From assembly GCA_965263295.1 (NCBI GenBank), contig OZ253665.1:2240001-2304000 (forward strand): a DNA stretch of 64,000 bases, in the 5' to 3' direction. Under the pieces are notes generated by a model. That model did not search any database and was not told the DNA's origin. It worked only from the letters and a program-made list of their open reading frames with translations. Origin of the DNA: Spirochaetia bacterium. Lineage in GTDB: Bacteria > Spirochaetota > Spirochaetia > SP-2023. Shown piece by piece: positions 40,550 to 50,439 of the stretch (its first letter is position 1; every line of letters starts with the position of its first letter). The position numbers and the translations under genes are program-made.

Positions 40550-41887
40550 ATGCTGGAAGCCATCGCCCAGAGCTTTGAGGGGATTACCAAGCGACTTTCG
40601 GGCAACCACAAGATTACGGATAAAAACATCAAGCAAAGCCTGGAAGATATCCAGATTGCCATGCTGGAGGCCGACGTCAACCTGCGGGTTGTGCGGCGTT
40701 TCATCAACCGGGCGCGCGAAGAGGTTCAGGGCGAGGCTGTCATGCGCTCGGTGAACCCCGGACAGCAATTTGTCAAAATTATCTATGACCGCATGGTCGA
40801 ATTGTTGGGCTCCGAAGAAGAGGGCTTGAATCTCAAGGGGCCAGATACTATTTCTAGCCTCCTGATGCTGGGCCTACAGGGGGCGGGCAAGACGACGACT
40901 AGCGCTAAGCTGGCCTACAAGCTCCAGGCCGAAGGCCGCAAAGTCTTGCTTGTTGCCTGTGACCTGCAGCGTCCGGCGGCCATTGAGCAGCTGCGGGTAC
41001 TCGCGAGCCAGATCAGAGCCGGCTTCTTTGGCGACGAGAGTGAAAAATCTCCGGCCAAAGTGGCGGAGAAGGCGATAAAACTGGCCAAGCGCGAGGGTTA
41101 CAACACTGTCATCTTCGATACGGCGGGCCGCCTGCACATTGACGATGAGCTGATGACTGAGCTGGAAACCGTGAAAAAGCTTGTCAAACCACAGGAAAGT
41201 ATTTTTGTGGCCGACTCGATGACCGGTCAAGGGGCCGTCGACTTTGCCAAGCAATTCGACGAACGCATCGGCATCAGCGGTGTGATTTTGACAAAGTTTG
41301 ACTCGGAAACGCGCGGCGGTGCAGCTCTTTCAATTCAAAGTATCGTCAAGAAACCCATTAAATACGTCGGTGTTGGCGAGAAGATTGAGGCCCTCGACGT
41401 TTTTTATCCCCAGCGAATTGCCTCGCGCATCTTGGGCATGGGCGATGTCATCTCCTTGGTGGAAAAAGCCCAGGAGTTAAGCTCCAAAGAAGACGCCGAG
41501 CGCTTGGAAAAAAAAATCCGCAACAAGGAATTCACCTTGCAGGATATGCTTGAACAAATTCAGCAAATGAAAAAAATGGGTAGCGTCGAGCAGATCTTGG
41601 AATTCATGCCCGGTATGGCGGGCAAGGCGGACATGATCAAAGACCGTCTCAGCGATCGCGACATCAAGCACAAAGAGGCCATAATCTTGTCGATGACAAG
41701 GCAAGAGAAAAGCAACCACAAGATTATTGGTCCTTCGCGGCGGCGGCGTATCGCCAAGGGGGCCGGGGTCAACGTGGCCATGGTCAATCGACTGCTAAAA
41801 GAGTTTGAGACCAACCGTAATATGATGCGTAAAATGTTAAAAAACAAGGGAATGCATGCTAGCATGATGAAGCAGATGGGCTTTTGA
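40550..41887 (+). CDS. ffh: Signal recognition particle protein
   Basis: LEADV, GLQGAGKTT, DTAGR, TKFD..RGGAA, Met-rich M domain with SRRRRIAKGAG. Confidence 0.97.
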   Translation: MLEAIAQSFEGITKRLSGNHKITDKNIKQSLEDIQIAMLEADVNLRVVRRFINRAREEVQGEAVMRSVNPGQQFVKIIYDRMVELLGSEEEGLNLKGPDTISSLLMLGLQGAGKTTTSAKLAYKLQAEGRKVLLVACDLQRPAAIEQLRVLASQIRAGFFGDESEKSPAKVAEKAIKLAKREGYNTVIFDTAGRLHIDDELMTELETVKKLVKPQESIFVADSMTGQGAVDFAKQFDERIGISGVILTKFDSETRGGAALSIQSIVKKPIKYVGVGEKIEALDVFYPQRIASRILGMGDVISLVEKAQELSSKEDAERLEKKIRNKEFTLQDMLEQIQQMKKMGSVEQILEFMPGMAGKADMIKDRLSDRDIKHKEAIILSMTRQEKSNHKIIGPSRRRRIAKGAGVNVAMVNRLLKEFETNRNMMRKMLKNKGMHASMMKQMGF

Positions 41888-41996
41888 TCAGAAGTGTGGT
41901 TTTGTTCTTGATCGCAGTCGGAGGAAGTTCTAGATGAGTTGGGTATACCAGCCGTCGTCCAGCCTGACATTTAAAAGTTTCTGCTAATCCAGCGCC

Positions 41997-42025
41997 TTGC
42001 CATGTCTCAGACCTTTGCATATAAT
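41997..42025 (+). promoter_or_regulatory. Sigma70 promoter of the rpmH operon
   Basis: TTGCCA (41997-42002), 17 nt spacer, TATAAT (42020-42025). Confidence 0.7.
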
Positions 42026-42182
42026 GGGGCGCTATCGTGTAATTGTGTGAGTTGATAGTGCCTGGCTTTTTAAGTAATTAGCTGTGCTGTTGAGATTGAG
42101 TATACAAACTAAGCTGAAATAGCGGCTCTTGTCGCCGTGTTTAGAGAATCCCCCTGTCATTCAATTGATTAAGGAGAATGTC

Positions 42183-42338
42183 GTGAAACCAACCTATAAC
42201 CCCAGCCGCGTGAAACGCAACCGTAAATTTGGTTTTCGTGCCCGTATGGCCAGTGCTGGTGGGCAGGATGTCTTGCGCCGCCGCCGCAAGAAAGGCCGCC
42301 ACAAGCTGACCGTCTCTGATGAGAAGAAGCCTTACTAG
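42183..42338 (+). CDS. rpmH: 50S ribosomal protein L34
   Basis: GTG start after [28 protein letters not shown]...[14 protein letters not shown] (51 aa). Confidence 0.97.
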   Translation: MKPTYNPSRVKRNRKFGFRARMASAGGQDVLRRRRKKGRHKLTVSDEKKPY

Positions 42339-43236
42339 AGCGCAAATTCTGCGCAGCAAGAACGAAATTGCCGAATTATTTGCCCATGCCAGAAAAGATC
42401 AGACAATTGGAGTCGTAGAAGCCGCAACCAGGCGTTGTGACTCTTCTGGCGGGTTTATTGGGTGTGCCGCAGATCTAGAAGATTTCCTGTTGAAGCGCTT
42501 CGCCAAGAATCCTTCCCTGTGTGGTAGCGTGCGGCGGGACGGCTTGAAGCTGGTTTTTATAGCCAGGTTTGTCGATAGCTGTTCAAGTTCCCCTGCGGGA
42601 CCTATGACGCTTGACAATGATCCATTTGCGGAGTTTCCTGCCGAGAAGATATCTTGTCCGCAGCTGGATAAATTTTTTGTCAGTCCTGTCCGGCGTCTGG
42701 GTTCTGCCGTTCAGCGCAATCGGGCCAAGCGCTTGCAGCGTGAATTATTTCGCCACACTAAAATTGTGCTGCGCTCTGTCGCCCGAAGCGCGGCGGATCA
42801 GGCGGGCCGGCAATTTGCTCAGCTGCTTGGAGCCCGCGATTCAGAACCATACCGCGCGGCATTGTCTCGTTGTGAGGGGCGTTTAAACTACCACTGGGGC
42901 TGGGTGGTTTATCAGTTCGCGGGACCCGCCGATGGCTCTTCTGATGGCTCTTCTGACGGCTTGGGTTCGTCAGGGGCCTTGTCTGGGTGCCAAACTCGCG
43001 TGACGCCGGCAGTTTCACGCGGAGTCGGTCGGCAAGTGGCCGGTTTTTGGCCTGAGAGCTGGCAGATGACTCAAGACCCTTGTTTTGTCGCTGAACTTGT
43101 TCGCTATGAGGCGGCGCTGAAGGCCCTGGAGCGTCACTTGCGCAAGCGATGGTTGCACGTCCTGGGTGAAGGGGGCTGGCGAAGGGACGGGCGAGGGTAT
43201 GGACAAAGCGGAGCTACCGAAGCGCTGGGCCAGTAA
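42319..43236 (+). CDS. rnpA: Ribonuclease P protein component, greatly expanded
   Basis: Lies between rpmH and yidD; N-terminal [20 protein letters not shown] motif [18 protein letters not shown]. Confidence 0.8.
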   Translation: MRRSLTRAQILRSKNEIAELFAHARKDQTIGVVEAATRRCDSSGGFIGCAADLEDFLLKRFAKNPSLCGSVRRDGLKLVFIARFVDSCSSSPAGPMTLDNDPFAEFPAEKISCPQLDKFFVSPVRRLGSAVQRNRAKRLQRELFRHTKIVLRSVARSAADQAGRQFAQLLGARDSEPYRAALSRCEGRLNYHWGWVVYQFAGPADGSSDGSSDGLGSSGALSGCQTRVTPAVSRGVGRQVAGFWPESWQMTQDPCFVAELVRYEAALKALERHLRKRWLHVLGEGGWRRDGRGYGQSGATEALGQ

Positions 43237-43247
43237 GTTGGGCGATA

Positions 43248-43628
43248 TTGAGTAGACAATTTGGACGTACTGGAAGAATATTTGTGGACGAACCGCTGAG
43301 ACATTTGCCTAGAAAGCCCTCTGTGTGGGTTCGCCTGCAGTCAGTGCCACCTCTGCGCTGGTTGCGTGGGTTCTTTGCGCGCTGTTCGTTTGTCCTGTGT
43401 TGTGCGCTGCGCTGTGCCATTAAGTTTTATTCATATTTTATATCTCCGATGTTGCCCCAAAGTTGTCGCTTTTATCCTCGTTGTTCCAGCTACTGGCTGG
43501 AGTGCCTTGAGCGCCACGGTCTGTGGCGCGGCGTCGGCCTGGGGTTGCGTCGCATACTGCGCTGTCACCCCTGGCATCCTGGGGGGTACGACCCCGTGCC
43601 TGAAAAAAAGGAAACACCTAATGAGTAG
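43248..43628 (+). CDS. yidD: Membrane protein insertion efficiency factor
   Basis: ISP....[26 protein letters not shown]; exact start uncertain. Confidence 0.9.
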   Translation: MSRQFGRTGRIFVDEPLRHLPRKPSVWVRLQSVPPLRWLRGFFARCSFVLCCALRCAIKFYSYFISPMLPQSCRFYPRCSSYWLECLERHGLWRGVGLGLRRILRCHPWHPGGYDPVPEKKETPNE

Positions 43629-45660
43629 ACAAGCTCCCGACCACGCCAAAAAAATGCAGAGAATAGGACTGGCCGTATTGACGGTTTTATTCGGTGCCTG
43701 GTTTTATTATCAGAGCCGGTCGGCATCTGAACTAGAAGAGCATACTGCGGGCGATCAAGCCGCTAGCCAAAGCCGTGTGTCTGGCGCTCAAGGTCAGGAC
43801 AAGGCTTTGGGTATGGCAGAGGTCCCCCTGCAGTTGGCGACTATGGTTGTCGATTCCATAGATCCTGTGGATTCCGTCGATTCCGGGGCGAAAGAGAACG
43901 GCAAGGATGGAAGCCCGTCTCTGTCTCCGGCAACTTTGAGTAGTACGCCGGTCATTGTCGAAACGGACGTTTACCGCGCTACGTTGAATCCGTTGGGCGG
44001 AGTAATGACGTCTCTGATTTTAAAGCGGCATCTGAATAACGGCCAGCCGCTGGAGATGGTTTGGAGTGCCGGCTCCGAGCGTTATCCTTTTACCTTTTAC
44101 CTGGGAGACTACCGCAATGGGCAAGCCGTATTGCTGCCGTCCCGCGTCGAGCAGATAGGGGAGCTGGCTTATCGTTTCACCACAGAGTTTACGGCTGGTG
44201 AGAGCGATGACGTTTTGGTTTTGGAGAAAACTCTAGAATTTGTGCGCAGCGAGTATATGGTTAAAGTTGGCGTACGCCTGCAATACAGATCGGGTGCCGT
44301 GTTGCCGCAAAACTCTCGACAGGTGATTTACAGCCTCTATTATGGTCCGCAGATCGGCCCGGAGGTGGATCATATAGGCCGTAACCGCACTGCGACAGAT
44401 ATGCGTACTTACGTTTATTACGATGGCAGGAAGAGTAAAACTATTTCGTTGAATCGGAATAGCCGCGATAAATATTTGGATAGTAGTCCGATCTGGGCTG
44501 GGGTTAGCGGTAAATATCTTGGAGTTTTTGGCTTACCTAGCCGCAACCTCGACGTCTACTGGTCGGGTGCCGATGTCGCGGGCTTAGGTCTGGATGCTAC
44601 GGGGAGCCGGTTGCCCAGCTCGCAGTTTCTGTTTGAGCGCCGCAGTGCGCGCGCCGGCGACCAGGGCGATAATCTGGTGGATGACAGCTTCTACTATTAT
44701 ATCGGTCCCTTGATCGCCGATGAGTTGGCGGTCTTCAACAAATCCAGTGACAACGAATTCGGCCTGTCCGATGCGGGCCTGAACACGATGGTTAAGTTTC
44801 GACTCGGTTTTATCGAGGAACCGGTGCGCTGGATTTTAAGTTTTCTCAATAGTTTTACGCACAACTATGGCGTGGCCATTATTATCTTTGCCTTGATAAT
44901 ACGCCTGTTACTTTTTCCTTTGACTTTAAAATCGTATAAGTCGATGTGCCGGATGCGTTTGTTGCAACCCAAAATTAAAGAGTTGCAAGATAAACACAAG
45001 GATGACCCGCGGAAACTGCAGCAGGAAATGAGCATGCTATACCGCACGGAAAAAGTTAACCCAATAGGCGGTTGTTTGCCAATTGTATTGCAAATGCCGA
45101 TTTTGATTGCCATTGCCAATCTGTTTTATCGTTACTTTGAACTGCGTGGGGCCAGCTTTATTCCAGGTTGGATCGGCGACCTTTCTTCCCCTGACTTGGT
45201 TTACAGTTTGACTTTGGGTAGCTGGAGTATCCCTTTGCGCCTGTTGCCGCCCATTTATCTGGCGTCACAGCTGCTTTCAAGTAAACTGATGCAAGCCAGC
45301 CAGCCGCCGACGCAAAACAAGATGCAGCAGCGTATTTTTACCGTATTTATGCCAGTTGTGTTCTCCTTTATTTTGTATAATATGCCTTCTGGCCTGCTCC
45401 TGTATTGGACAATTTCGAACATCCTAATGACGGTACAACAATTGCTCATGAATAAATACAGCGGGGACGACGCCATTGCGGTCAAACATGAGGCCGATGC
45501 TTTGATAGCCCGGAAGAACCGGGCTTATGTCGCCCACCAAAGTAAACGTGGCAAGATGGAAATTGTCGCCGATAAGGATAGGGGACAGGGGCCTAATAAA
45601 AAAGCTTCCCAGTCTGTAGGCAAGGGCTCTAATGTGGAGAAGGGCAAGTTAAGTAGATAA
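43621..45660 (+). CDS. yidC: Membrane protein insertase
   Basis: [44 protein letters not shown]; start placed at ATG 43621. Confidence 0.94.
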   Translation: MSRQAPDHAKKMQRIGLAVLTVLFGAWFYYQSRSASELEEHTAGDQAASQSRVSGAQGQDKALGMAEVPLQLATMVVDSIDPVDSVDSGAKENGKDGSPSLSPATLSSTPVIVETDVYRATLNPLGGVMTSLILKRHLNNGQPLEMVWSAGSERYPFTFYLGDYRNGQAVLLPSRVEQIGELAYRFTTEFTAGESDDVLVLEKTLEFVRSEYMVKVGVRLQYRSGAVLPQNSRQVIYSLYYGPQIGPEVDHIGRNRTATDMRTYVYYDGRKSKTISLNRNSRDKYLDSSPIWAGVSGKYLGVFGLPSRNLDVYWSGADVAGLGLDATGSRLPSSQFLFERRSARAGDQGDNLVDDSFYYYIGPLIADELAVFNKSSDNEFGLSDAGLNTMVKFRLGFIEEPVRWILSFLNSFTHNYGVAIIIFALIIRLLLFPLTLKSYKSMCRMRLLQPKIKELQDKHKDDPRKLQQEMSMLYRTEKVNPIGGCLPIVLQMPILIAIANLFYRYFELRGASFIPGWIGDLSSPDLVYSLTLGSWSIPLRLLPPIYLASQLLSSKLMQASQPPTQNKMQQRIFTVFMPVVFSFILYNMPSGLLLYWTISNILMTVQQLLMNKYSGDDAIAVKHEADALIARKNRAYVAHQSKRGKMEIVADKDRGQGPNKKASQSVGKGSNVEKGKLSR

Positions 45661-45727
45661 ATAATGAAGCAAGCAGCCCTCCCTTGCCGTTTGGGCAATT
45701 TGGGGGCAGATAAGGAGTTTGCGTAAT

Positions 45728-46477
45728 ATGTATGAATTTACGGGCAAGACCGAGCAAGAAGCGATTGAGCGTGCCAGCGAAGCTTTGGGATTGGACAGCA
45801 GTCAGTTTGACGTAGAAATCCTGGGGAATGAAGGAGGTTTCTTCCGCAGGGGCGGTGTGCGCATCCGCGTTTATCCACATCATAAGGAAGCGCCGGAATT
45901 TTTAAATGATATTGAAGGTTCCTATTCGGTGGATGAAGACGAGGACAGTTCAGAACTGGATGAACTGCTGGAGTGGGAAGAGCTGAAGGAGCCGCGTGAA
46001 TGGGAGATTAGACTGCGAGACTTTATGCAGGAGTTACTGCGCCGCATGGGCCAGGATGCCAAGATTCAGCTATATAGCCGCTCTAATCAGCGACTGCTGC
46101 TAAGCATACAGGCTTCCAGCGATCCCTCGCAGCTGATTGGCAAACACGGTAAGCATCTGGAGGCCATGCAGGTTGTGCTCAACGCTTATCTGGGACGCTT
46201 ACACGACGAAGAGAATGAAGTCCCTGCAGATTTGAGGGCGCAACTTGATGTCAGTGGCTACCGCAAGCGCCGCGAAGCCAAGCTAATTAAAATAGCCAGG
46301 GAAATAGCGGCTCAAGTTGAGAGTCACAAGAGTTCACGTCTGTTAGAGGCCATGAACCCTTTTGAGCGCCGCATTATTCACAAGGCTCTGAACGATTTGC
46401 CCAATATATCGACCTCCAGCGAAGGAGAAGGTAACTATAAGCAGATCCGCATTATGTATCGAGGCGGCCCGCTCTGA
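45728..46477 (+). CDS. jag: Jag/EloR (KhpB) RNA-binding protein
   Basis: Jag_N (GKTEQEAIE), KH (LIGKHGKHLEAMQ), R3H (MNPFERRIIH, SEGEG). Confidence 0.93.
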   Translation: MYEFTGKTEQEAIERASEALGLDSSQFDVEILGNEGGFFRRGGVRIRVYPHHKEAPEFLNDIEGSYSVDEDEDSSELDELLEWEELKEPREWEIRLRDFMQELLRRMGQDAKIQLYSRSNQRLLLSIQASSDPSQLIGKHGKHLEAMQVVLNAYLGRLHDEENEVPADLRAQLDVSGYRKRREAKLIKIAREIAAQVESHKSSRLLEAMNPFERRIIHKALNDLPNISTSSEGEGNYKQIRIMYRGGPL

Positions 46478-46561
46478 GTGTTTTGAGGCTTGATTGCCGC
46501 CAGTGCCTGAATTTTGCCGAAATAAGACTTGACCTCTGAGGATAATTTGAGGCGATCAGGG

Positions 46562-46610
46562 GGCAGAGCCGCGTTCAATTTGCTATTTCTAAATTAAACG
46601 CGGCTCTGCC
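46562..46610 (+). terminator. Strong hairpin, probable terminator of the rpmH-jag operon
   Basis: GGCAGAGCCGCGTT / AACGCGGCTCTGCC 14-bp perfect stem plus inner AATTT/AAATT; only a loose T-rich tail. Confidence 0.55.
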
Positions 46611-47276
46611 GGCTTGTGTTTTGCAGAGACATACGATTGGCGCACTTAATCCCCTATCTTCTTTCTGTATTTGTAAATAAATTCTTTTGTAAGCTTCAAT
46701 TTTTGTCCTCCAATTTCAGGAAAGACCCGGCTCAGGGTCTGACTCTGGGCTTGAAGATCGCCCAACTATGGTCCGCTTAGGGGAGAAAGTAGCCCTCAGG
46801 CAATCCAGCGCAAAAACTCTCAATAAGTTTGCGCGGATTGGCCTGTGGCATGTTCAAGGATGCAGCTTGCCTTGGACGTTACCTTGAACGCCGAAAAATA
46901 CGAAAGCTGGAAGGCTGAAAAGACAAGGGCGCAAATAATTCCCATTGCCAGGCTTAAAGGGTTTGCTAAGAAGCTAGATGAGAGTCAAGCTAAATTACAA
47001 GATTTATAACCCCAAAATAAATTATCATTCAGTTATTTTGATTTGGCGGCGTTTGTTACTTAATGCAACTATAGTAATTTTGGTCTATTTATTAATGTTA
47101 CAGATTTTGCAAAATACTTGTGAATTTTATTCATTTTCGTAAAATAAAGTTTAAATATTTTACTCAGATTTTACAGATTTCTTGAATTCCAATCATGAGA
47201 TTCTGGAAATTTTCAGTTATAGAAGTTTATCATGTTTAGCAATCGAGAATTATTGAATATAAAGGAATTTGTTCCA

Positions 47277-47558
47277 ATGAAAAAGCGAAATAATAACACG
47301 AGTAGACGAAGAATCACATTTAGTTTGTACGAAGATACTGGTTATGAAGTCTTTTTGGCTGGGGACTTTAATAACTGGAAGCCGGAGCTCATGAATTATA
47401 TAGACAAGAGCCGAAAGTTCGAGAAGGTTAAAATGCTGAAGCCGGGGCGTTATGAATATAAGTTTGTGGTCAATGGCGATTGGCGTGTGGATGCCAGCAA
47501 TGACAACTTTGCGTATAATGATCAAGGTTCCATGAATAGTATGTTGATAGTAGAATGA
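47277..47558 (+). CDS. Stand-alone glycogen-binding CBM48/AMPK-beta-like protein
   Basis: VFLAGDFNNW, LKPGRYEYKFVVNGDWRVD; AAAGGA RBS before ATG 47277. Confidence 0.88.
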   Translation: MKKRNNNTSRRRITFSLYEDTGYEVFLAGDFNNWKPELMNYIDKSRKFEKVKMLKPGRYEYKFVVNGDWRVDASNDNFAYNDQGSMNSMLIVE

Positions 47559-47663
47559 AAGCTTATTTGTAAATAGGGTCTCTTTCGGGTTTTTTTATTC
47601 CTGGAAATCACAACTGAGTTCGTCCAGATCAATTGAATATCGCTTTATTCACGAGGAGTATAT

Positions 47664-50231
47664 ATGAAGCAACCCAACTTTATACGGATTATGGTCCGAC
47701 CGAGATTGCCAGAGGCTCTTAAAATGCTTGAATTGCTGGTGAATGATACGCGCTGGAGCTGGTACCCCGGAGCGTTTGACTTGTTCCGAATGATTGATCC
47801 GGAATTGTGGTGGTCTTCAAAACACGCTCCCAAGGTATTTCTAAGTCGGATCAATTATGACCGTTTGGAAGATATCGCTCATGATACCAAGTTCATGTCG
47901 ATGTGCCAAACGGTTTGTGATCGCTACCAGAGGGAAATTGGTCCGCGCCCCGAGGTCCCTTTGGTCGATAGAGATTCCAGGCGTAATTGTGTGGCATACT
48001 TCAGCCTGGAATTTGGCATCCATGAAAGTTTGCCTTTATATTCTGGTGGCCTTGGCATTTTGGCGGGCGATCACCTGAAGTCCGCGAGCGACTTGAAGCT
48101 GCCATTGGTGGCTGTAGGGTTGTTTTATTGTCACGGGTACTTCGATCAGACTATCGATTCTAATGGCTGGCAGGTAGAAGAATATGCGAATAATGACTTT
48201 GACATGATCCCTGTCTTGCCGGTCAAGGATCGGCAAGGCAAGCAAATGCAGGTGCAAGTACCCCTGTTGGACCAAACCTTGCATGCCCAGGTTTGGGAAT
48301 TGCGCGTGGGCAATGTGTCCCTTTACCTTTTGGATGCCGATATTGTCGAGAATTCGCCGGAACTTCGGCGGGTGACTTTACAGCTTTATGGCGGAGATCG
48401 CACAATGCGCCTGCAGCAAGAACTGCTGCTTGGCATTGGGGGGTACCAGGCATTGGTGCAGATGAACTATTTGCCACATGCTTGTCACATGAATGAAGGG
48501 CATTCGGCCTTCTTGAGCATTGCTCGTATTTCAGACCTGCAGAAGCGCTACCAATTATCGTTGGATGAGGCACTGGAGTTGAACCATCAGACGAATATTT
48601 TTACCACGCATACTCCGGTGCCCGCCGGGAACGAAGCCTTCGGCGTCGATCTTGTGCGTCCATATCTCAATCGGGTACTCGCGGACAATGAATTGACTGC
48701 GGACCGAGTCATCGGTTTTGGCCAGGCCGCGGGTTATGACAGCTCCAAGCTTTCCATGACCATTCTGGGGCTGCGTTGCGCGGCATTTGCCAATGGTGTG
48801 AGCCAGCTGCACGGCGCGGTTTCGCGCGACATGTGGCAACACGTCTGGTCTGAACTCCCCGTGGCTGAGGTGCCAATTGGAGCTATCACCAATGGTGTCC
48901 ATCCCGGCTCCTGGGTTTCCACATACAATCACAACTTATTTAGTATTTATTTGGGCGTCAATTGGGAGATGAAAACCGACTGGCAGGAGGAGGAATTGGC
49001 TAACGTCGACTGCATTCCCGATTACGAGTTGCTTAGGGCCCACAGCCTGTCGAAGGGGATGCTCGTGGAACAAGCGCGAATGATTATGCAGCACCACTCG
49101 CACCAAGTGCGTAGCAGTATGTCGTCCCAAGTGCTCACTATCGGTTTTGCCCGCCGCTTTGCGACTTATAAGCGCGCGACTTTGCTGTTGCGCGATCCTG
49201 ATCGTTTGGAGCGTATTATCCGCAACTCTAATCAGCCCGTGCAGTTTATTTTTGCCGGCAAGGCCCACCCCGCGGATGAACCGGGCAAGCATCTGATTCA
49301 AAGCATCATCCGTTTTGCTCGGGACCGCAACTTGGAACACGCGTTTGTTTTTCTGGATAATTACAATATTCAAGTTGCCCGCCTCTTGGTGCAGGGTGTC
49401 GATGTCTGGCTAAACAACCCGATTCGCCCCGAGGAGGCCAGTGGCACTTCCGGCATGAAAGCCGCGATGAATGGCGTGCCTAATTTCTCTATCCTCGACG
49501 GCTGGTGGGAGGAGGGTTACCACAAGAGTTGTGGTTGGAAAATTGAAAATTCAAAGTGCCTCGAGCCAAACCAACGTGACGCGGAAGAGGCCGAAAGTTT
49601 ATATCAGACCTTGGAAAATGAAATTGTTCCGGCTTATTACTTCCGTGAAAACGAAGTACAAACTTTATGGGTGCGTTACATGAAGAATGCCATCAAGCGC
49701 AGCTTGCATGCCTTTTCGAGTCATCGCATGGTTAGCGACTATCATAAGCGGTATTACCAGCCGGCCATGAATCGTTATGAAAAGTTGACCGCGAACAATG
49801 CCGTCAGCTTGCGTGAGTTTTACCAGAAGAAGTTGCAGGTGTTGCAGGAGATGCAGCATGTTCGCATTTTCTCCCCGGTGTTGTACGCCGAGGGCAAGGA
49901 GCAGGGAGTTCATGACGATTTGGTATTTGACAGTAACGAGGTATTAGATGTGCGCGTCGCGGTGGAGCATGACAAATTGGCGGCTGAAGATTTGGTCGTC
50001 GAGCTTTACCTCGCTCCTTGTGGCTGGGTGGGTGAAGATTTCGCATTTGGCCGCATTCAGGAGCGGGGCAAGGTGTTCATTATGAAGTTGCGCGAAGGCA
50101 ATGGCAAACGTAGTAGTTTTGGTTACTTGTTAAGTTGCGCCCAGATTCGCAGCAGTGCGGTCGGTGTGCGGGTCTGTCCCAAGGAAGCGACCCTGCGGGA
50201 CATGAGCCCCGGCTATATGGTCTGGTATTAG
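47664..50231 (+). CDS. glgP: Alpha-glucan phosphorylase
   Basis: YSGGLGILAGDH, HMNEGH, FTTHTPVPAG, ARRFATYKR, EASGTSGMKA (PLP Lys). Confidence 0.95.
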   Translation: MKQPNFIRIMVRPRLPEALKMLELLVNDTRWSWYPGAFDLFRMIDPELWWSSKHAPKVFLSRINYDRLEDIAHDTKFMSMCQTVCDRYQREIGPRPEVPLVDRDSRRNCVAYFSLEFGIHESLPLYSGGLGILAGDHLKSASDLKLPLVAVGLFYCHGYFDQTIDSNGWQVEEYANNDFDMIPVLPVKDRQGKQMQVQVPLLDQTLHAQVWELRVGNVSLYLLDADIVENSPELRRVTLQLYGGDRTMRLQQELLLGIGGYQALVQMNYLPHACHMNEGHSAFLSIARISDLQKRYQLSLDEALELNHQTNIFTTHTPVPAGNEAFGVDLVRPYLNRVLADNELTADRVIGFGQAAGYDSSKLSMTILGLRCAAFANGVSQLHGAVSRDMWQHVWSELPVAEVPIGAITNGVHPGSWVSTYNHNLFSIYLGVNWEMKTDWQEEELANVDCIPDYELLRAHSLSKGMLVEQARMIMQHHSHQVRSSMSSQVLTIGFARRFATYKRATLLLRDPDRLERIIRNSNQPVQFIFAGKAHPADEPGKHLIQSIIRFARDRNLEHAFVFLDNYNIQVARLLVQGVDVWLNNPIRPEEASGTSGMKAAMNGVPNFSILDGWWEEGYHKSCGWKIENSKCLEPNQRDAEEAESLYQTLENEIVPAYYFRENEVQTLWVRYMKNAIKRSLHAFSSHRMVSDYHKRYYQPAMNRYEKLTANNAVSLREFYQKKLQVLQEMQHVRIFSPVLYAEGKEQGVHDDLVFDSNEVLDVRVAVEHDKLAAEDLVVELYLAPCGWVGEDFAFGRIQERGKVFIMKLREGNGKRSSFGYLLSCAQIRSSAVGVRVCPKEATLRDMSPGYMVWY

Positions 50232-50439
50232 GGGCTTGCCAATATTAATGGGGATCCTGAGGGCCCGGTTGCACTAATGGATTGGCCCTTTGGGGTTGCC
50301 ATTTTTGTGGGTTGGCTCTCTTCGCTTGGTTCCTTGGCTTGGCTCTCTCGGCCTGAATCGCGGCCGCGCCTTTGGTCTGGTGGAACTTGGGGACCTTTAT
50401 TTGGGATTAGGATTCTTGCAATATTTGAGGTAGTATAAA

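Noticed and set aside
41888..42182. oriC next to rpmH
   Set aside because: The upstream gene is ffh, not dnaA, and I saw no TTATCCACA cluster.
43366..43620. N-terminal extension of YidC overlapping yidD
   Set aside because: Artefact of choosing the longest ORF; ATG 43621 precedes the first TM segment and overlaps only the yidD end.
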